Source: a virus (Duplodnaviria; Caudoviricetes). From it: DNA of 58,503 nucleotides. The position numbers were made by a program, and so were the translations under genes. The stretch covers positions 1 to 58,503 of IMG/VR virus record IMGVR_UViG_3300032562_000025. One strand, written 5' to 3'. How positions within the stretch are numbered: position 1 is the first letter of the stretch; each line of letters begins with the position of its first letter. The notes beneath the pieces were generated by a model, which did not search any database, had not been told where the DNA came from, and saw only the letters and a program-made list of their open reading frames with translations. Of this stretch, positions 44,787 through 56,653 are shown in pieces.

Positions 44787-46718
44787 ATGGGAAGATTTTT
44801 AAATAGTACACAATCTGATCCGGTTAGTGCAGGTATTAATGCCTATACTTCACTTACTGACTCATTTAATAGGGATGATGCTGCGAAGGAGACAAGGCAG
44901 TTAAATGCCATGAAGATTCAAGAAATGCAAAGGGAAGTTAAGGATAGAAATGAAGCAAGGGAAGATGCTGAAAAGTTTGCTCAGTTAAAAGGTGAAAAGG
45001 ATAAGTTAGATGCAATGGCTGAGAAAATGTCAAACGTAACTGGTATGTCTAAGGAACAAGTAATTGAGATAATGCCGAAGGTTAAACAAGCAATGGATTT
45101 TTCAAAGAATGGTGAGGATGGAAAAATTACACCTGACCATGAAAAGGCAGTGCTCAAGTTGGCAGCTGCAACTAAACAAATACCTGATGATATTAATAAC
45201 TTGGATAAGCACGCAAGTGCAGTTTCAAGTATAAATAAATTCGTGACTCAAATGGGTTCAAACCTTATGTCTAAACCACCTGGAACCTATAAAATAAATA
45301 ATAAGAATTTCATTGATAACTTAAATATTGTTGAAGAGGAAAATAATAATCAAGGAATGAATAAATTTGGTCTTAAGGCGAAAAAATCAATATCTTATAT
45401 TGTTGTTGATACTACAAAAAATCCACCGGCAAGCACAAAGGTGTATAAAATTGATTCTTCACTTAAGGATGGGGAGATGTTTCAGCGTGAAAATAAGACA
45501 AGGGCATTTTCAGCTGACCCTGAAAATAAGGCAAGTGTAATTGGAAATACAGATATAAATAAAATACCAATAAGGATTAATGTTGATAAGGATGGAAATA
45601 GAACTGTATCTACTGTAAGGAGTAAAAGTTTTGAGATTGATGGAAAGGAAGTATTGCTTAATACGATAAGTCCAAGTGGTAAATTACTTAACGATGAAGA
45701 AACAATTGAGCAGTATAAAAAGACAGGTGAGCATTTAGGTATATTTGATACAGTTCAAGATGCAAATGAAGCAGCTGAAAAGTTACATAATTATAAGGTT
45801 GAAGGGGAGGATTTCAGTAAATATACAAAACGAGATCCTAATGATGAATATGAAGCTCCTGAAACATGGATGAGAAGTGGGAAGGGTGATGATGCAATTA
45901 AGCAAAAACCAGTAACACTTGATCAAGCACGGTTTCAAAAAACTGAAGAGCTTAATAACTTGGTTTTGAAAATGAGAGCAAGGAATCCTAAAATTATTGA
46001 GGAATATGCTGAGGAAGTTAAGCAAAGGGATATTAATAAAGAAGTACAAAAAGTGTTTAAGAATGTTCCTGAAGGATTGGATGAGACGAAGAAGCATGAA
46101 TGGCTTAGATCAAACAAACCAGATGGAATTGGATGGAAGGAATGGGGAGAAATAATAAGTCCGAAGGTTGACTTTCAAGCTGCAACGTTTGAACTGAAAA
46201 AATTAGAATTGGAACTTAAGGAAAGAAGGGAAGATTCAAGAGATGTTAAGGATGATAGAAGATATGAATTGGATAAACGAAAAGTTAATGTTTTAGAAAG
46301 TAAAGAAGGACGCCTTGAAAGTGGTGTTAAGGAAGATAAGGAACAAAAAAGAAAAGATTCTGAAATAAAATTACTTGAGAAATATCGTGAAAATGCTCTT
46401 AAGAAAAATCCAGGTGATCCAATATTTGAGGATAAAATAGATACACAAGTGGAGGAAATGACAAAAGCAATTAATAGTGGTAAGGTTAGGACAGCAACCG
46501 AAGCTAAAACTAAAGTTATGAAAGAAGGTAATAAAAAGGAAATTGCATCGGTAAATAAGATTAAGGCATTAAGTGAAAAGTTTCCAGCAGAAAAATTTAA
46601 GGATAGAACCCATACTGATAAAGAAACTGGAATACGTTATATAAGTAAGAAAAATAAATTAACGGATAAGTATGGATGGGTTAAGGATGAAAGTGGAAGT
46701 AGTGGAGATATTGACTAA
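44787..46718 (+). CDS. Putative ejection protein
   Basis: Charged coiled coils with an inserted globular segment STVRSKSFEIDGKEVLL...TGEHLGIFDT. Confidence 0.6.
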   Translation: MGRFLNSTQSDPVSAGINAYTSLTDSFNRDDAAKETRQLNAMKIQEMQREVKDRNEAREDAEKFAQLKGEKDKLDAMAEKMSNVTGMSKEQVIEIMPKVKQAMDFSKNGEDGKITPDHEKAVLKLAAATKQIPDDINNLDKHASAVSSINKFVTQMGSNLMSKPPGTYKINNKNFIDNLNIVEEENNNQGMNKFGLKAKKSISYIVVDTTKNPPASTKVYKIDSSLKDGEMFQRENKTRAFSADPENKASVIGNTDINKIPIRINVDKDGNRTVSTVRSKSFEIDGKEVLLNTISPSGKLLNDEETIEQYKKTGEHLGIFDTVQDANEAAEKLHNYKVEGEDFSKYTKRDPNDEYEAPETWMRSGKGDDAIKQKPVTLDQARFQKTEELNNLVLKMRARNPKIIEEYAEEVKQRDINKEVQKVFKNVPEGLDETKKHEWLRSNKPDGIGWKEWGEIISPKVDFQAATFELKKLELELKERREDSRDVKDDRRYELDKRKVNVLESKEGRLESGVKEDKEQKRKDSEIKLLEKYRENALKKNPGDPIFEDKIDTQVEEMTKAINSGKVRTATEAKTKVMKEGNKKEIASVNKIKALSEKFPAEKFKDRTHTDKETGIRYISKKNKLTDKYGWVKDESGSSGDID

Positions 46719-49700
46719 TGGAACTTGAATTAGACCCCATTGAGAAAGAAGTAAGTAAACCTTCTCCTGCAATTACACAAAAGGGAAGTGGTGGATTGCA
46801 ACTTGATCCAGTTAAGGGTGGTGAAGAATCATCAATGATTGATAAGTTTATGGGAATGTTTAAGCCTAATGATAAACCAACAAACTCTAATTTGATTAAC
46901 TTAATTGGTGATGATGTAAGTAAGGCTGAACCTAAGCAAGTTGACAATTCAGGTGCATTAACTAAAGCAAGTAGAAGAATGATTGAACAAGCAATTAATA
47001 TTAATGCAAGAGTTGTTGGACAAATGGGCTTAATGACGAATCCTGAACCCGCTGAGAATCCTGGTTTACTTACAATGGTTGGTAAGAATATAAATGAAGC
47101 AACGCAAAGACAACTTAGTATTCCCGAAAAATTTCTAAGTTTAAGGGAAACATTAATAAGGCAAGCGCAGTCGGAACCACATAAGACTGAAGGTGAAAAT
47201 ACTCCTGAGCGTAAGTCCAAGACAATTGATTTTATTACTAAAACAATTCCAGATAGTTTGAATAGACTTATATATCAAACAGTACATCAACCTGAACAAT
47301 TGTATAATGCTTATAAACCTTCGGTAAGTAAACTCATTGATGCTTATACTGGTGTGACTAAAGATAGAGGAAAAGATTTAAAGGAAGGTTCTGAAGAATT
47401 TTTAAGTACTACTGGTGAGGTAGTTAAGGGAATTGGTGATTGGTTTAGTAAGGGAATTGGTGGAGTTGAAGATAAGGAAAAGTTTTTAAGATTTTCATTA
47501 GACCAACTTAAGGAAAATTATTCAACTGATCCAGTGGGAAGTGCAGCTTCACTATTTACACTTTATAAAACAATAGGTTCAATTGGTAAAGGTGCAGGAG
47601 TACAAAAAATATCAGACCATTCAAGAGAAGAATGGCTTAATGTTATTGATGAAGAAATGAAGAAACGTGCTCCAAAACAATTGAAGGGGGAAGTTGGGCA
47701 AACTGAGGATATACCATATGCTAAGTGGGAAGATGTTAAACAGAAAGTTTTACCTGAAGGAATGAAAAATGAAATTAAAGCACTTAATGCATCCAAAGAA
47801 CTTATCTTAGATGAAAAAAGTACCAAAGGTAAAATTTATGATGAAGTTGCTAAATCAAGGGAAGAAGCTAAGGTAAGTGAGCCTGAAATCGTTAAATCAT
47901 TACCCAGTGAAGAAAGATTTAAGCATGGTGCATTAGTTCAAATTAATTCCCTTACTCCAGCAATAATTGAAGGCAATGGAATCATTGTTGGCAAGGAAGG
48001 TGGGACACATCCTGATATACTTAAAGAACATGACATGGAGCCGGAGACGGTTCATGAACGTGGATTTACAACTCCTGAAGGATTATTCCTTGATCGAAAG
48101 GAAGGCAAGGAATGGATTGAAAATAATCAACCTGAAATTCATGAAGAATTGGTTAAAATGAATGGTAAGGATTATGAACTTCATTCTCAGGATTATAATA
48201 AGGCTAAGGAAAATTTGAGCGAGGAAAAGGAGGCAATTGATGCCACTGAAAAAGGGAAAGTCCCCGAGGGTAATATCGGAGAATATAGTGGAACTGATAA
48301 GATCGGGGAAACCCCAGAAGCAGGCGAAGGCAATCGCTTACCGGAAGGCGGGGAAATCATTGAAGGAGAAGGGAAGGGAGCTGAAGAAGGATTAAAACTT
48401 GATGAAGGTTCGATTAAGGAACCCGACGCAAAAATTACGGTATCTGAATCGAAATCAATTGAAGAACAAGCAAAGGAATTAGGTTTAACTGCAAAGAAAT
48501 GGCCAGATCATGATATGTATACAATTGTTGATCCTGAGAATAAGGGTAATTTTGAAGTTAGGGTTGGTGAAAACGTAAAGGATAAACTTGAAAAACATCG
48601 GAGTAAGGGATGGGATGAAATTAAACCGAAGGAAGAATTGAAAGGAAGTGATCGTTGGAAATCACCAACCGCTGAATTTTTAAATAAGCAATCTGAAACG
48701 AAGATGCCTCCTGAAGAATGGGGAAAAAGGATTGATGCTTGGGAAAATAAGAATCCACATATTAAGGATGAGAATAAATTTAACGGGTTGAAATCATTTA
48801 TTGAAAGTAAAAAAGGGGATAAAACACTTAATAAAAAGGACATAACTGAATTCCTTGAATTGAGTAAGAAAGATTGGGCAGTGAGGGATCAGGTTGCAGG
48901 TGACACACTTAATAAAAAAGAAAGAGCACGTTGGCAAGAACTTGCTGAGAAAAAAGAATTAAGTGAAATTGAAGAAACTGAATTTGATAAACTACAAGAA
49001 AAAGAAATTGAAGATAAAGATAGATGGGAATCTCATAACATACCTGGAGGAATTAAGGGGAGTGAAAAAGTTTATACGATTTCGCTTAATAAGCCTTCAA
49101 GAATGAAAGCAAATGAACGTCTCGATAAATTTAATACTGAAGCAATAAATAAACATGGAGATGTAAGTAAATGGCCTGATGATGTTTTTGATGAATATAT
49201 GAAACTTAAGGATGAATTTAATAATACTGAATATGGTTATCAATCTCCTCATTTTCCTGAGCAGACGAATGTCATCCTCCACTTCCGGACTCAGGAACAT
49301 CTTGATGCTAATGGAAATAAGGGATTAATGATTGAAACGATTCAGTCGGATTTACATCAAGAAGCTGCAGGACGTTATAAAGGAGATATTGTTTTTAAAA
49401 CAGGCAAAGAAAATGATAAGTGGTTTGTATATGATGTAAAACATAAAAATGATAAAGTTTTTGAGCATAACGGTAAGCAATTAAATGAGGATACAGCTAA
49501 TAAATTAATTAAAAAGTGGAATGATGAACTTCATCTTGATCAATATTATCCACCAAATGCTCCATTCGAAAAAACATGGGCTGAGGTTGGATTAAAACAT
49601 GCCCTTGACATTGCAACTAAAGATCCTGAAATTAAATGGGTTGCTTGGCCGAACGGTAAGGTTCAGATGGAAAGGTGGGGGAAAGATATTACTACTGACG

Positions 49701-52700
49701 AACTTGGTAAAAAACAAGGATCTGATTTCCTTGAAATCCTTTATGACAAGCGCATCCCAAAATTTGCTAAGAAGTATGCTAAGGATTTAGGTGGAGAATA
49801 TAAGGATGATGTGATTAAGTATAAAGCAACTGAATTAGATAATGAAATTCCACAAGAATATGGAATCCATCGAATTGATTTAACTAACAAAATGAGGGAA
49901 TCCATAAACACTGAAGGACAAACATTATTTTCAGATCCATTTGGAATCCACAATGTAGTTAATTGGTTAGGAAGTGGAGATAAAGCAATCAATGATTTTG
50001 TTCACGCAATGGAAGATGCAAAAATCATAGTTAAGACATATAATCCAAAAGAATTTGGAGACAATTTGCCAGATAGAAGGAGTGTTGGATTACCTTCAGA
50101 AAGTCCAGTTACAATAAATGATAAGGATTTACCAAAATGGAAGTTCAATTTATCTCCACATACTGCATTAAGAGGAGCATTTGATCCTAAAAATGATCCA
50201 GTTATTGATAATCTTAAATCGAGAATGAAATATTATGCAAGTAGTAAGGATGCAATAACATATGCTAAGCATGCACTTAAGGATATACCTGATCCTGAAT
50301 TATATGTTAAGGAAAAAATTCAACCATTATTTGATAAGCATGAAGGTTTAATTGATAAACTTAATTTAGTTAGAGATAAACTTGCAACTGAACAAAGGAC
50401 ATTAAGTAAAATTCCAGAACATCGTGGGTATGAAAGGATTCAAAGGGAAGTAGTTAAGCTAACAAAACAATTACGTAAGGCTGAGAAAAAGTTGGAAGAT
50501 CTTACAAGTCCTCATGCTGATAAAAAGTTTGAAGATTTGAAAAATAAAACAATTAAGCAATATGAAGAAAAGATTGCGAGTATGAAAAATGAAGAAGCTA
50601 AGTTAAGAAAGGAAGGTTATCTTAAGGCAATTCAAAAAGTTAAAGAAAAGGTAAGGGAAACTGAAATTAATAAATTAAATGCTCATATAAAACGTGTAAA
50701 GAAAATGATTGACGGAAGGGTTGTTAAAGCAGATAAAATGTATGCTGAATTTAAGCGTATTGCACATTATGAAGATATTGAAAAACGCATTAAGGATTTG
50801 GAAGGTGAGGAAAAATTACTCGAACCTGAATTCAAATTGATGTCTGAGGAATTTGATAAATTATATCCTCAGATGTGTAAGGAATCTTCAGGTGTTCGTG
50901 TATTTGCAAATGCTGATGGTTCATTACCTGAAGGAATAAAATTAACTCCAGAAGAATTAAGAGCATCAAATATGATAAAAGCATATATGGAAATGACACG
51001 AAATGAACTTGAAGATTTAAGAATACCTGTAATCAAAGAAGGTTCATACATGACTCATTTACTTGAGCCATTAATGAAAGGTGATTCATTATTTAAAAAT
51101 ACTAAAATAAAATCAAAGCCAACTTTATTAAGATTCATCTCAAGGATGCCATATTCACGTCCTTGGTTTCCATCTCCTCATGCAGTTATGGAAGCATATA
51201 TTCCAATGGCTGAATATCGTTTAGCTTACCAACCATTTTTAGATAGATGGAGACCATATATTGATTCAATTCAAAAGCCACAACTTAAGGAATACATGGA
51301 GAAATGGCTTGAAGCAAATATGACTAATCAAGATAAAGGAACATGGGATAAGATATTAAATGCTACTGTTGCTTTTGAATATGCAAGAACAATTGGTTTA
51401 TCGTTAAGTGTTGGTATCAAACATTTAGTTAAATTGTTTGGAACTCCTGCTGAGTATGGTACAATTTCAATGGTTAAGGGATTACCTCATGTAATGGTAT
51501 TACCTTTTCAATCTGGTATTAATTTAGTTAAGGCACACTTTCCAACATTTGCTAAGGCACTTAAAAAGATCGGAGTTGAAGGGCATGATGAACAATTAAG
51601 ATTATTTAAATTGTATGTAAATTCAGGTGATATCATTCGGATGATGACTGAGATTCCAGGCATACAAAAGATGGATGATATATGGTTAAGTGCAGAAACA
51701 AGTAAAACAATTAAGGGTGCTGCAAAAGTATTGGAAATGGCAGTAAGGAATGTAATATCACAGCCAGTTAAAACTGTTGAAATGTTTGATAATGGTGCTT
51801 CAATTATGGCTGGAGTTATTGCTGGAATGAAGAAAGGTGTTAATCCAATAATGATTGACAGGCACATAATTGAAAGTATTCTTGATGTAAATTTTAGAAG
51901 TGGGCCTGATCAAGCATTGTATCAAAAAAATGTTTTGTTAAGGGCGTTGTCAATGTTCCAACAAACACCACAAAAACTTGTTGAGCGTATTGGTAAGTGG
52001 GGCCATGATGCATTTGCAGTTACTAAGGATGAAAATGGTAAGTGGCAAATTGGTAAGAAAGATATTTATGGAACTCATGGATTTTCAAAACTATTTAGAT
52101 TCTTAATTTATGTTGGAATTGCTGAGTCAATAGCAAGAGAAAATGATACTTCATTACTTGGAATTGCAGTAGCACATATTCCATTTACTGGAGAATTAGT
52201 TGAACCGACGAAAGAATTTCCATTTTATGAGTGGAAAAAACCAAAGATTACAACATCACCTGTATTCCAGGATTTGTATGATTTAAGTAAAAGTAACATT
52301 ATGGATGTAGTTATGAATCGGGTTACTGATTTTAATGTTTTAAGCAAAATGGATAAATATAATAAGGAGACATATCCTACTTCGTATGATTCATCACTTA
52401 AGTATATACTTGGCTTAAGGCGTGTTGGTTCATCCTTTGATAATTATGCAACTGAATTATCCTCAAAAAAAGTTTTCAGCCAGCCAACTGCTGAAAGTAA
52501 ATTGAAAAGCGACTTAACAAAAATGTATAAAAGGGGTATTATTGAGAGTAAGGATTTAACTGATGCTGTTAAGGATAAGTTAATTACACAGAAAGAAAAG
52601 GAAAGTATTATTGAAAAAAGTAAAGAAAATTTAACTGCAATTGAAGCAAATCGTATGGATTATACTGAATTAATTAATGGAGTTAAGCATGCTGATGAGG

Positions 52701-52819
52701 AAGAATTAAAAATTATAAAACCAATTTTACTTAAAAAAGTTACTAATGCTCATGCAAACGGGAAGATAACTGGAAGTTTATATAAGGAGTATATGGAAGG
52801 AATAAGGGAATTGCCGTAA
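46718..52819 (+). CDS. Giant (2033-aa) ejection / polyvalent internal virion protein
   Basis: Largest ORF, last in the ejection cluster. Coiled coils plus globular motifs ([12 protein letters not shown]; HFR...[10 protein letters not shown]...PNAPFEKTW). Confidence 0.7.
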   Translation: MELELDPIEKEVSKPSPAITQKGSGGLQLDPVKGGEESSMIDKFMGMFKPNDKPTNSNLINLIGDDVSKAEPKQVDNSGALTKASRRMIEQAININARVVGQMGLMTNPEPAENPGLLTMVGKNINEATQRQLSIPEKFLSLRETLIRQAQSEPHKTEGENTPERKSKTIDFITKTIPDSLNRLIYQTVHQPEQLYNAYKPSVSKLIDAYTGVTKDRGKDLKEGSEEFLSTTGEVVKGIGDWFSKGIGGVEDKEKFLRFSLDQLKENYSTDPVGSAASLFTLYKTIGSIGKGAGVQKISDHSREEWLNVIDEEMKKRAPKQLKGEVGQTEDIPYAKWEDVKQKVLPEGMKNEIKALNASKELILDEKSTKGKIYDEVAKSREEAKVSEPEIVKSLPSEERFKHGALVQINSLTPAIIEGNGIIVGKEGGTHPDILKEHDMEPETVHERGFTTPEGLFLDRKEGKEWIENNQPEIHEELVKMNGKDYELHSQDYNKAKENLSEEKEAIDATEKGKVPEGNIGEYSGTDKIGETPEAGEGNRLPEGGEIIEGEGKGAEEGLKLDEGSIKEPDAKITVSESKSIEEQAKELGLTAKKWPDHDMYTIVDPENKGNFEVRVGENVKDKLEKHRSKGWDEIKPKEELKGSDRWKSPTAEFLNKQSETKMPPEEWGKRIDAWENKNPHIKDENKFNGLKSFIESKKGDKTLNKKDITEFLELSKKDWAVRDQVAGDTLNKKERARWQELAEKKELSEIEETEFDKLQEKEIEDKDRWESHNIPGGIKGSEKVYTISLNKPSRMKANERLDKFNTEAINKHGDVSKWPDDVFDEYMKLKDEFNNTEYGYQSPHFPEQTNVILHFRTQEHLDANGNKGLMIETIQSDLHQEAAGRYKGDIVFKTGKENDKWFVYDVKHKNDKVFEHNGKQLNEDTANKLIKKWNDELHLDQYYPPNAPFEKTWAEVGLKHALDIATKDPEIKWVAWPNGKVQMERWGKDITTDELGKKQGSDFLEILYDKRIPKFAKKYAKDLGGEYKDDVIKYKATELDNEIPQEYGIHRIDLTNKMRESINTEGQTLFSDPFGIHNVVNWLGSGDKAINDFVHAMEDAKIIVKTYNPKEFGDNLPDRRSVGLPSESPVTINDKDLPKWKFNLSPHTALRGAFDPKNDPVIDNLKSRMKYYASSKDAITYAKHALKDIPDPELYVKEKIQPLFDKHEGLIDKLNLVRDKLATEQRTLSKIPEHRGYERIQREVVKLTKQLRKAEKKLEDLTSPHADKKFEDLKNKTIKQYEEKIASMKNEEAKLRKEGYLKAIQKVKEKVRETEINKLNAHIKRVKKMIDGRVVKADKMYAEFKRIAHYEDIEKRIKDLEGEEKLLEPEFKLMSEEFDKLYPQMCKESSGVRVFANADGSLPEGIKLTPEELRASNMIKAYMEMTRNELEDLRIPVIKEGSYMTHLLEPLMKGDSLFKNTKIKSKPTLLRFISRMPYSRPWFPSPHAVMEAYIPMAEYRLAYQPFLDRWRPYIDSIQKPQLKEYMEKWLEANMTNQDKGTWDKILNATVAFEYARTIGLSLSVGIKHLVKLFGTPAEYGTISMVKGLPHVMVLPFQSGINLVKAHFPTFAKALKKIGVEGHDEQLRLFKLYVNSGDIIRMMTEIPGIQKMDDIWLSAETSKTIKGAAKVLEMAVRNVISQPVKTVEMFDNGASIMAGVIAGMKKGVNPIMIDRHIIESILDVNFRSGPDQALYQKNVLLRALSMFQQTPQKLVERIGKWGHDAFAVTKDENGKWQIGKKDIYGTHGFSKLFRFLIYVGIAESIARENDTSLLGIAVAHIPFTGELVEPTKEFPFYEWKKPKITTSPVFQDLYDLSKSNIMDVVMNRVTDFNVLSKMDKYNKETYPTSYDSSLKYILGLRRVGSSFDNYATELSSKKVFSQPTAESKLKSDLTKMYKRGIIESKDLTDAVKDKLITQKEKESIIEKSKENLTAIEANRMDYTELINGVKHADEEELKIIKPILLKKVTNAHANGKITGSLYKEYMEGIRELP

Positions 52820-52838
52820 AATTTACGGTATCTGAATA

Positions 52839-53138
52839 ATGCGGAGGTTAAGCAAAGTGAATATGAATAGAGATTTACCACTTGAAGAAGGATATTATAT
52901 TTTCAATGTCGTGTGTAAGGAAGAAGGTGGGCCTGAAATCGTGGCAAGGATGTTGACGATTAAGATAAGGGAGGCACAAAAGGATTGGGATATTGAATTT
53001 ATAAGTAATGCTAAAATTGACGCAGACTCAGGTGGTCATGGACGCTCGATATATTTCGGGGCTCAATGTACTGTCTTACGTAAAAAGAAAAGAATGGATG
53101 AGGCTAAAATTCCTCCAGCAGCGGTGAAAATAAAATGA
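52839..53138 (+). CDS. Hypothetical protein
   Basis: Coupled to the ATP-grasp gene. Start could be at MNRDL. Confidence 0.55.
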   Translation: MRRLSKVNMNRDLPLEEGYYIFNVVCKEEGGPEIVARMLTIKIREAQKDWDIEFISNAKIDADSGGHGRSIYFGAQCTVLRKKKRMDEAKIPPAAVKIK

Positions 53139-54427
53139 AAGATTTATCTAAACTCAAATGTAGGGTTTATGATTATGGTTTATTTACTTCAGTTGCAATG
53201 GCACTTGGACCATTAAACAATGGCTTTGGAACTGTTGAGTATTATTCACCTTGGATGGATTCCTTCCCCTCCCCGAATAAGCGATATATTGGAAGGGACA
53301 TTCCTGGCCTTACCCGAATATGGGAGTTCTGGGATGATCTTGACTCAGTTGATACGTTTGTTTTCCCTGATGTTGGTGACGTGTCTGAACAACGTGAGTT
53401 GAGACGGCAAGGTCGAGCCGTATTTGGAACTGGCGGGATTAAAAAGGATAAGGATATTGCTGAACTTGAAGTTGATCGTGAGTTATTTAAGAAAACATTA
53501 ATTCGTCGTGGTTTGGCTGTACCCAAATGGAAGTTGATTAAGGGTATTGACAATTTACGACAATATGCTAAGGACAATCCAGGGTTTTGGGTTAAGCCAA
53601 ATGTTGGAGAACGGGGAGTATTTGAAACATTTTATGTTGATTCTTATGGTACTTCAGCAAGTAAGCTTGACCAAATTGCCCATGACTTAGGAGTTGCAAG
53701 AAATGTATGTGAATTTATGACAGAGAAACCAATTGAAGGAAGTGAACCTGGAGATGATATGTTCATCTGCAATGGAATTCCATTTGAAATGGGCTTATAC
53801 GGTTGGGAGAATAAGGGTGATTCATATTCATGCCGAGTGATTAAAATGAATGAAGTTGTTTTACCACTTAAAAAGATACATACTGCAATGCTTCCAATTT
53901 ATAAGGATACAAATGTCAACGGAGCAATTTCAACTGAAGTAAGAGTAGGTAAAAATAAGGTTCCATATTTCAGTGATATTTGTTCACGTTTCGGAAATCC
54001 TCCAGCTGGTGTTATAACATCCATCTATGAAAATTTTCCTCAGATTGTTCATGGAATTGCACATGGAGAAATAATTGAGCCTAAATTCAGGGCTAAATTT
54101 GGGGCTGAGTTAAGTGTTGATTCAGCTGATGCTGGAACCGAACCTGTCCCGTTTGAATTTAATCCTAAGAATGATTTACTTACTATTAAGTTAAGAACAG
54201 TATGTAAGGTTGGCGGAATTTTTACTCATATTCCTTTTCCAAGAAATGGTTCAACAATTGTTAAGGCTGTGGGATTGGGAAATACACAAGATGAGGCTGA
54301 AGCAAATTGTATGGAAGCTGCTGAAAAATTTCAGTGTCCTCATAAAAGTTATAATAAAACTTCATTTGATGACTTACGCAAATGTATTGAAGAAGGAAAA
54401 GCAAATGGCCTTGGAGGAACATTATGA
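53135..54427 (+). CDS. ATP-grasp ligase, PurD-like fold
   Basis: AELEVDRELFK, WVKPN, EKPIEGSE, STEVR, DICSRFGNPP. Confidence 0.75.
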   Translation: MKDLSKLKCRVYDYGLFTSVAMALGPLNNGFGTVEYYSPWMDSFPSPNKRYIGRDIPGLTRIWEFWDDLDSVDTFVFPDVGDVSEQRELRRQGRAVFGTGGIKKDKDIAELEVDRELFKKTLIRRGLAVPKWKLIKGIDNLRQYAKDNPGFWVKPNVGERGVFETFYVDSYGTSASKLDQIAHDLGVARNVCEFMTEKPIEGSEPGDDMFICNGIPFEMGLYGWENKGDSYSCRVIKMNEVVLPLKKIHTAMLPIYKDTNVNGAISTEVRVGKNKVPYFSDICSRFGNPPAGVITSIYENFPQIVHGIAHGEIIEPKFRAKFGAELSVDSADAGTEPVPFEFNPKNDLLTIKLRTVCKVGGIFTHIPFPRNGSTIVKAVGLGNTQDEAEANCMEAAEKFQCPHKSYNKTSFDDLRKCIEEGKANGLGGTL

Positions 54428-56178
54428 GTGGAACGATATTTGAAACAATTAAGATGAGAAGAGATACACTTGCAAACTGGACGGTTAATAATCCAATTTT
54501 AGAGCAGGGTGAAATTGGGTATGAGTATGATACATATCGAATTAAGTTTGGTAATGGTATTACTCATTATTTAAGTCTTCCTTACATTGGAAATGTATAT
54601 TCAAATTCAGTTACAACAATGACAGTCGGAACCGGAAGTAAAACATTCTTACTTGATGTTGGATTGGCATTTGCTCCAAATATGGTTGTAACAATTTCTT
54701 ATGCAACTGATCCTACAGTTTATATGATTGGTGTGGTTACGAGTTATAATCCAACTACTGGATATATTATCATTAATGTCACTTCAGTTGCTGGGTCAGG
54801 ATCGAGTTTAACTTCTTGGATTATATGGGCATCAAGTGGTGCACAAGGGCCTCAAGGTGTTGCTGGGCCACAAGGTATTCAAGGAACTCCAGGTAATTCA
54901 GGAACAAATGGAGTTGGTGTTCCTTCAGGTGGAGAAGTTGGACAAATCTTAGCAAAAAGTACAGTTACGGATTATGCTACTGAATGGATTGGGCAGATGC
55001 ATCCAAGTGCACGACAAACTGTTTTATCATCATTACTCGATGCAAATGGCTTACCAAATTTTATTTCAGTTGGAACGGGCTTGTCCGTAAATATTGCAGC
55101 ATTAGCAACACCAATCTTACTTTCATTTGCTGCGGGATTTGACGAACTTGGTGAGATTAATTACATTGGAGAAATAAGTGCTGATACTACAATTCCTTCA
55201 CTTACTGCAAATGTTATAAATTATTTATATGCTGAGCGTAATGCAATTACCGGAGCAATTACGTTGGGAGCAACTCCATATAAACCTAATTATGATGTTG
55301 TGAGTAAATCTCAATATGCTTCAACATATCCAACTCAAGATGCTTCCCATGTGAAGGCACTTTACCATGATGCAAATTTTTACCCATACTTTGCTACTGA
55401 TCCAACTAAATCACTCACTGGAACAATGAATGATAATTCATGGAGAAGTGTATATTATTCAGGTGTTCAGTATAGGTTTCATGTTGATCTTGGAACTGCT
55501 AAACTTATAGATAGGATAATGGTTGAAAATTTTCATGATTCAGGAACTGCAACTGATAATGGAGTAGGTGTATTTGAAGTATGGGGATCGAATACTGGAA
55601 GTTCTTTTGCTGAACTTACATATGGAACTGATACTGGATGGGATTTACTTACCACAAGTAAGGCAAGTTTAGTACATCATTACACCGCAGACGTTTCAGA
55701 TCCTCAGTATATAACGGTTACAAATACAACTCCATACCGTTATTATGCTGTAAAATGTGTCTCAAGTGATGGTGTTACATCAGTTGGAATACGAAGAATT
55801 GAATTTCAGCAAAAAGTTGATAATAGTTACTGGTTTGACATTATTAATTATATAATGAATAAATCAGTAAGTTCAGTTAATTATCCAAAGCAAATAGTGT
55901 TCCTTGGTGAAGCATTATGTGGTGTTTCAACAGTTACAAGTGTAGTTAATTATGCTTTAAATGGAGTTTATAATAGTGGTAATGTGGCTACAACTGCTAT
56001 TTTAACCACCAAGAATCATAATATTGGGACTGATTTAATTAACTTAACATTAAGTGAAGGAGAAGAAGGTGGAAGAAGGCAAATTGCAAGTGTTGATTTA
56101 GTTGGACTTACACATAAATCAGTAAGTTGGGTAGCAGCATTAGGTACTTCACGGTTAATAATTAAAAGGTTATTTTAA
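54424..56178 (+). CDS. Tail fibre: Mtd/hyaluronidase-type N-terminal anchor, short collagen repeat, discoidin (F5/8C)-like domain
   Basis: IKMRRDTLANWTVNNPILEQGEIGYEYDT..KFGNG..LPY, GAQGPQGVAGPQGIQG, VDLGTAKLIDRI..VWGSN..YRYY. Confidence 0.8.
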   Translation: MSGTIFETIKMRRDTLANWTVNNPILEQGEIGYEYDTYRIKFGNGITHYLSLPYIGNVYSNSVTTMTVGTGSKTFLLDVGLAFAPNMVVTISYATDPTVYMIGVVTSYNPTTGYIIINVTSVAGSGSSLTSWIIWASSGAQGPQGVAGPQGIQGTPGNSGTNGVGVPSGGEVGQILAKSTVTDYATEWIGQMHPSARQTVLSSLLDANGLPNFISVGTGLSVNIAALATPILLSFAAGFDELGEINYIGEISADTTIPSLTANVINYLYAERNAITGAITLGATPYKPNYDVVSKSQYASTYPTQDASHVKALYHDANFYPYFATDPTKSLTGTMNDNSWRSVYYSGVQYRFHVDLGTAKLIDRIMVENFHDSGTATDNGVGVFEVWGSNTGSSFAELTYGTDTGWDLLTTSKASLVHHYTADVSDPQYITVTNTTPYRYYAVKCVSSDGVTSVGIRRIEFQQKVDNSYWFDIINYIMNKSVSSVNYPKQIVFLGEALCGVSTVTSVVNYALNGVYNSGNVATTAILTTKNHNIGTDLINLTLSEGEEGGRRQIASVDLVGLTHKSVSWVAALGTSRLIIKRLF

Positions 56179-56200
56179 AATAAATTAAGGAGGATTTAAA

Positions 56201-56638
56201 ATGAGAAAGTTTTTATTGTTTTTGATGTTCATCGTAATATTTACGCTACCTCCAATGATCCCAAATTCATACTCTGCAACAACGTGCGTTGTTTCTCAGG
56301 TTGATTTGGATAACATATCACGGATTACTTGGGTGTGTACGGGTGCTTCAGGTACGGGTACTGCATCCAAGGCAGTTCGTGGGTGGGTTTACAATGTTGA
56401 TGTTACTCCAGGCGGAACTGGTCCGACAGTTGGAAGTGGGTTTACATTAGTTACTTCAGATAGCAATGTTGATGTTATGGGAGCTAATGCATCTGCAATG
56501 TTTGCAGCTACACCAACAAGGGCAGTACCATTATCAAGTGGCTGGGTTAATGGTACATTAAGTCCAGTGATAAGTGGCAATGTTGTTGTTAATGCAGTTG
56601 TTACAATACGGGCATGGATCTGGAAACAAAATAATTAA
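56201..56638 (+). CDS. Signal-peptide-bearing beta-rich protein
   Basis: MRKFLLFLMFIVIFTLPPMIPNSYS-A, RBS AGGAGG. Confidence 0.7.
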   Translation: MRKFLLFLMFIVIFTLPPMIPNSYSATTCVVSQVDLDNISRITWVCTGASGTGTASKAVRGWVYNVDVTPGGTGPTVGSGFTLVTSDSNVDVMGANASAMFAATPTRAVPLSSGWVNGTLSPVISGNVVVNAVVTIRAWIWKQNN

Positions 56639-56653
56639 GGAGGTGATAATTAT

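Noticed and set aside
53135-54427. purD auxiliary metabolic gene
   Set aside because: Canonical PurD N-terminal motif is absent and the context is structural, so it is kept only as an ATP-grasp.
54424-56178. Diversity-generating retroelement suggested by the Mtd-like N-terminus
   Set aside because: No reverse transcriptase motif and no TR/VR repeat pair seen. The domain is only the common fibre anchor.
361-56580. Many short antisense or overlapping ORFs in the track (e.g. 361..756, 46681..47220, 51508..51867, 22576..22815)
   Set aside because: They are shadows of longer genes or lie in regulatory DNA, with no RBS or recognisable motifs.
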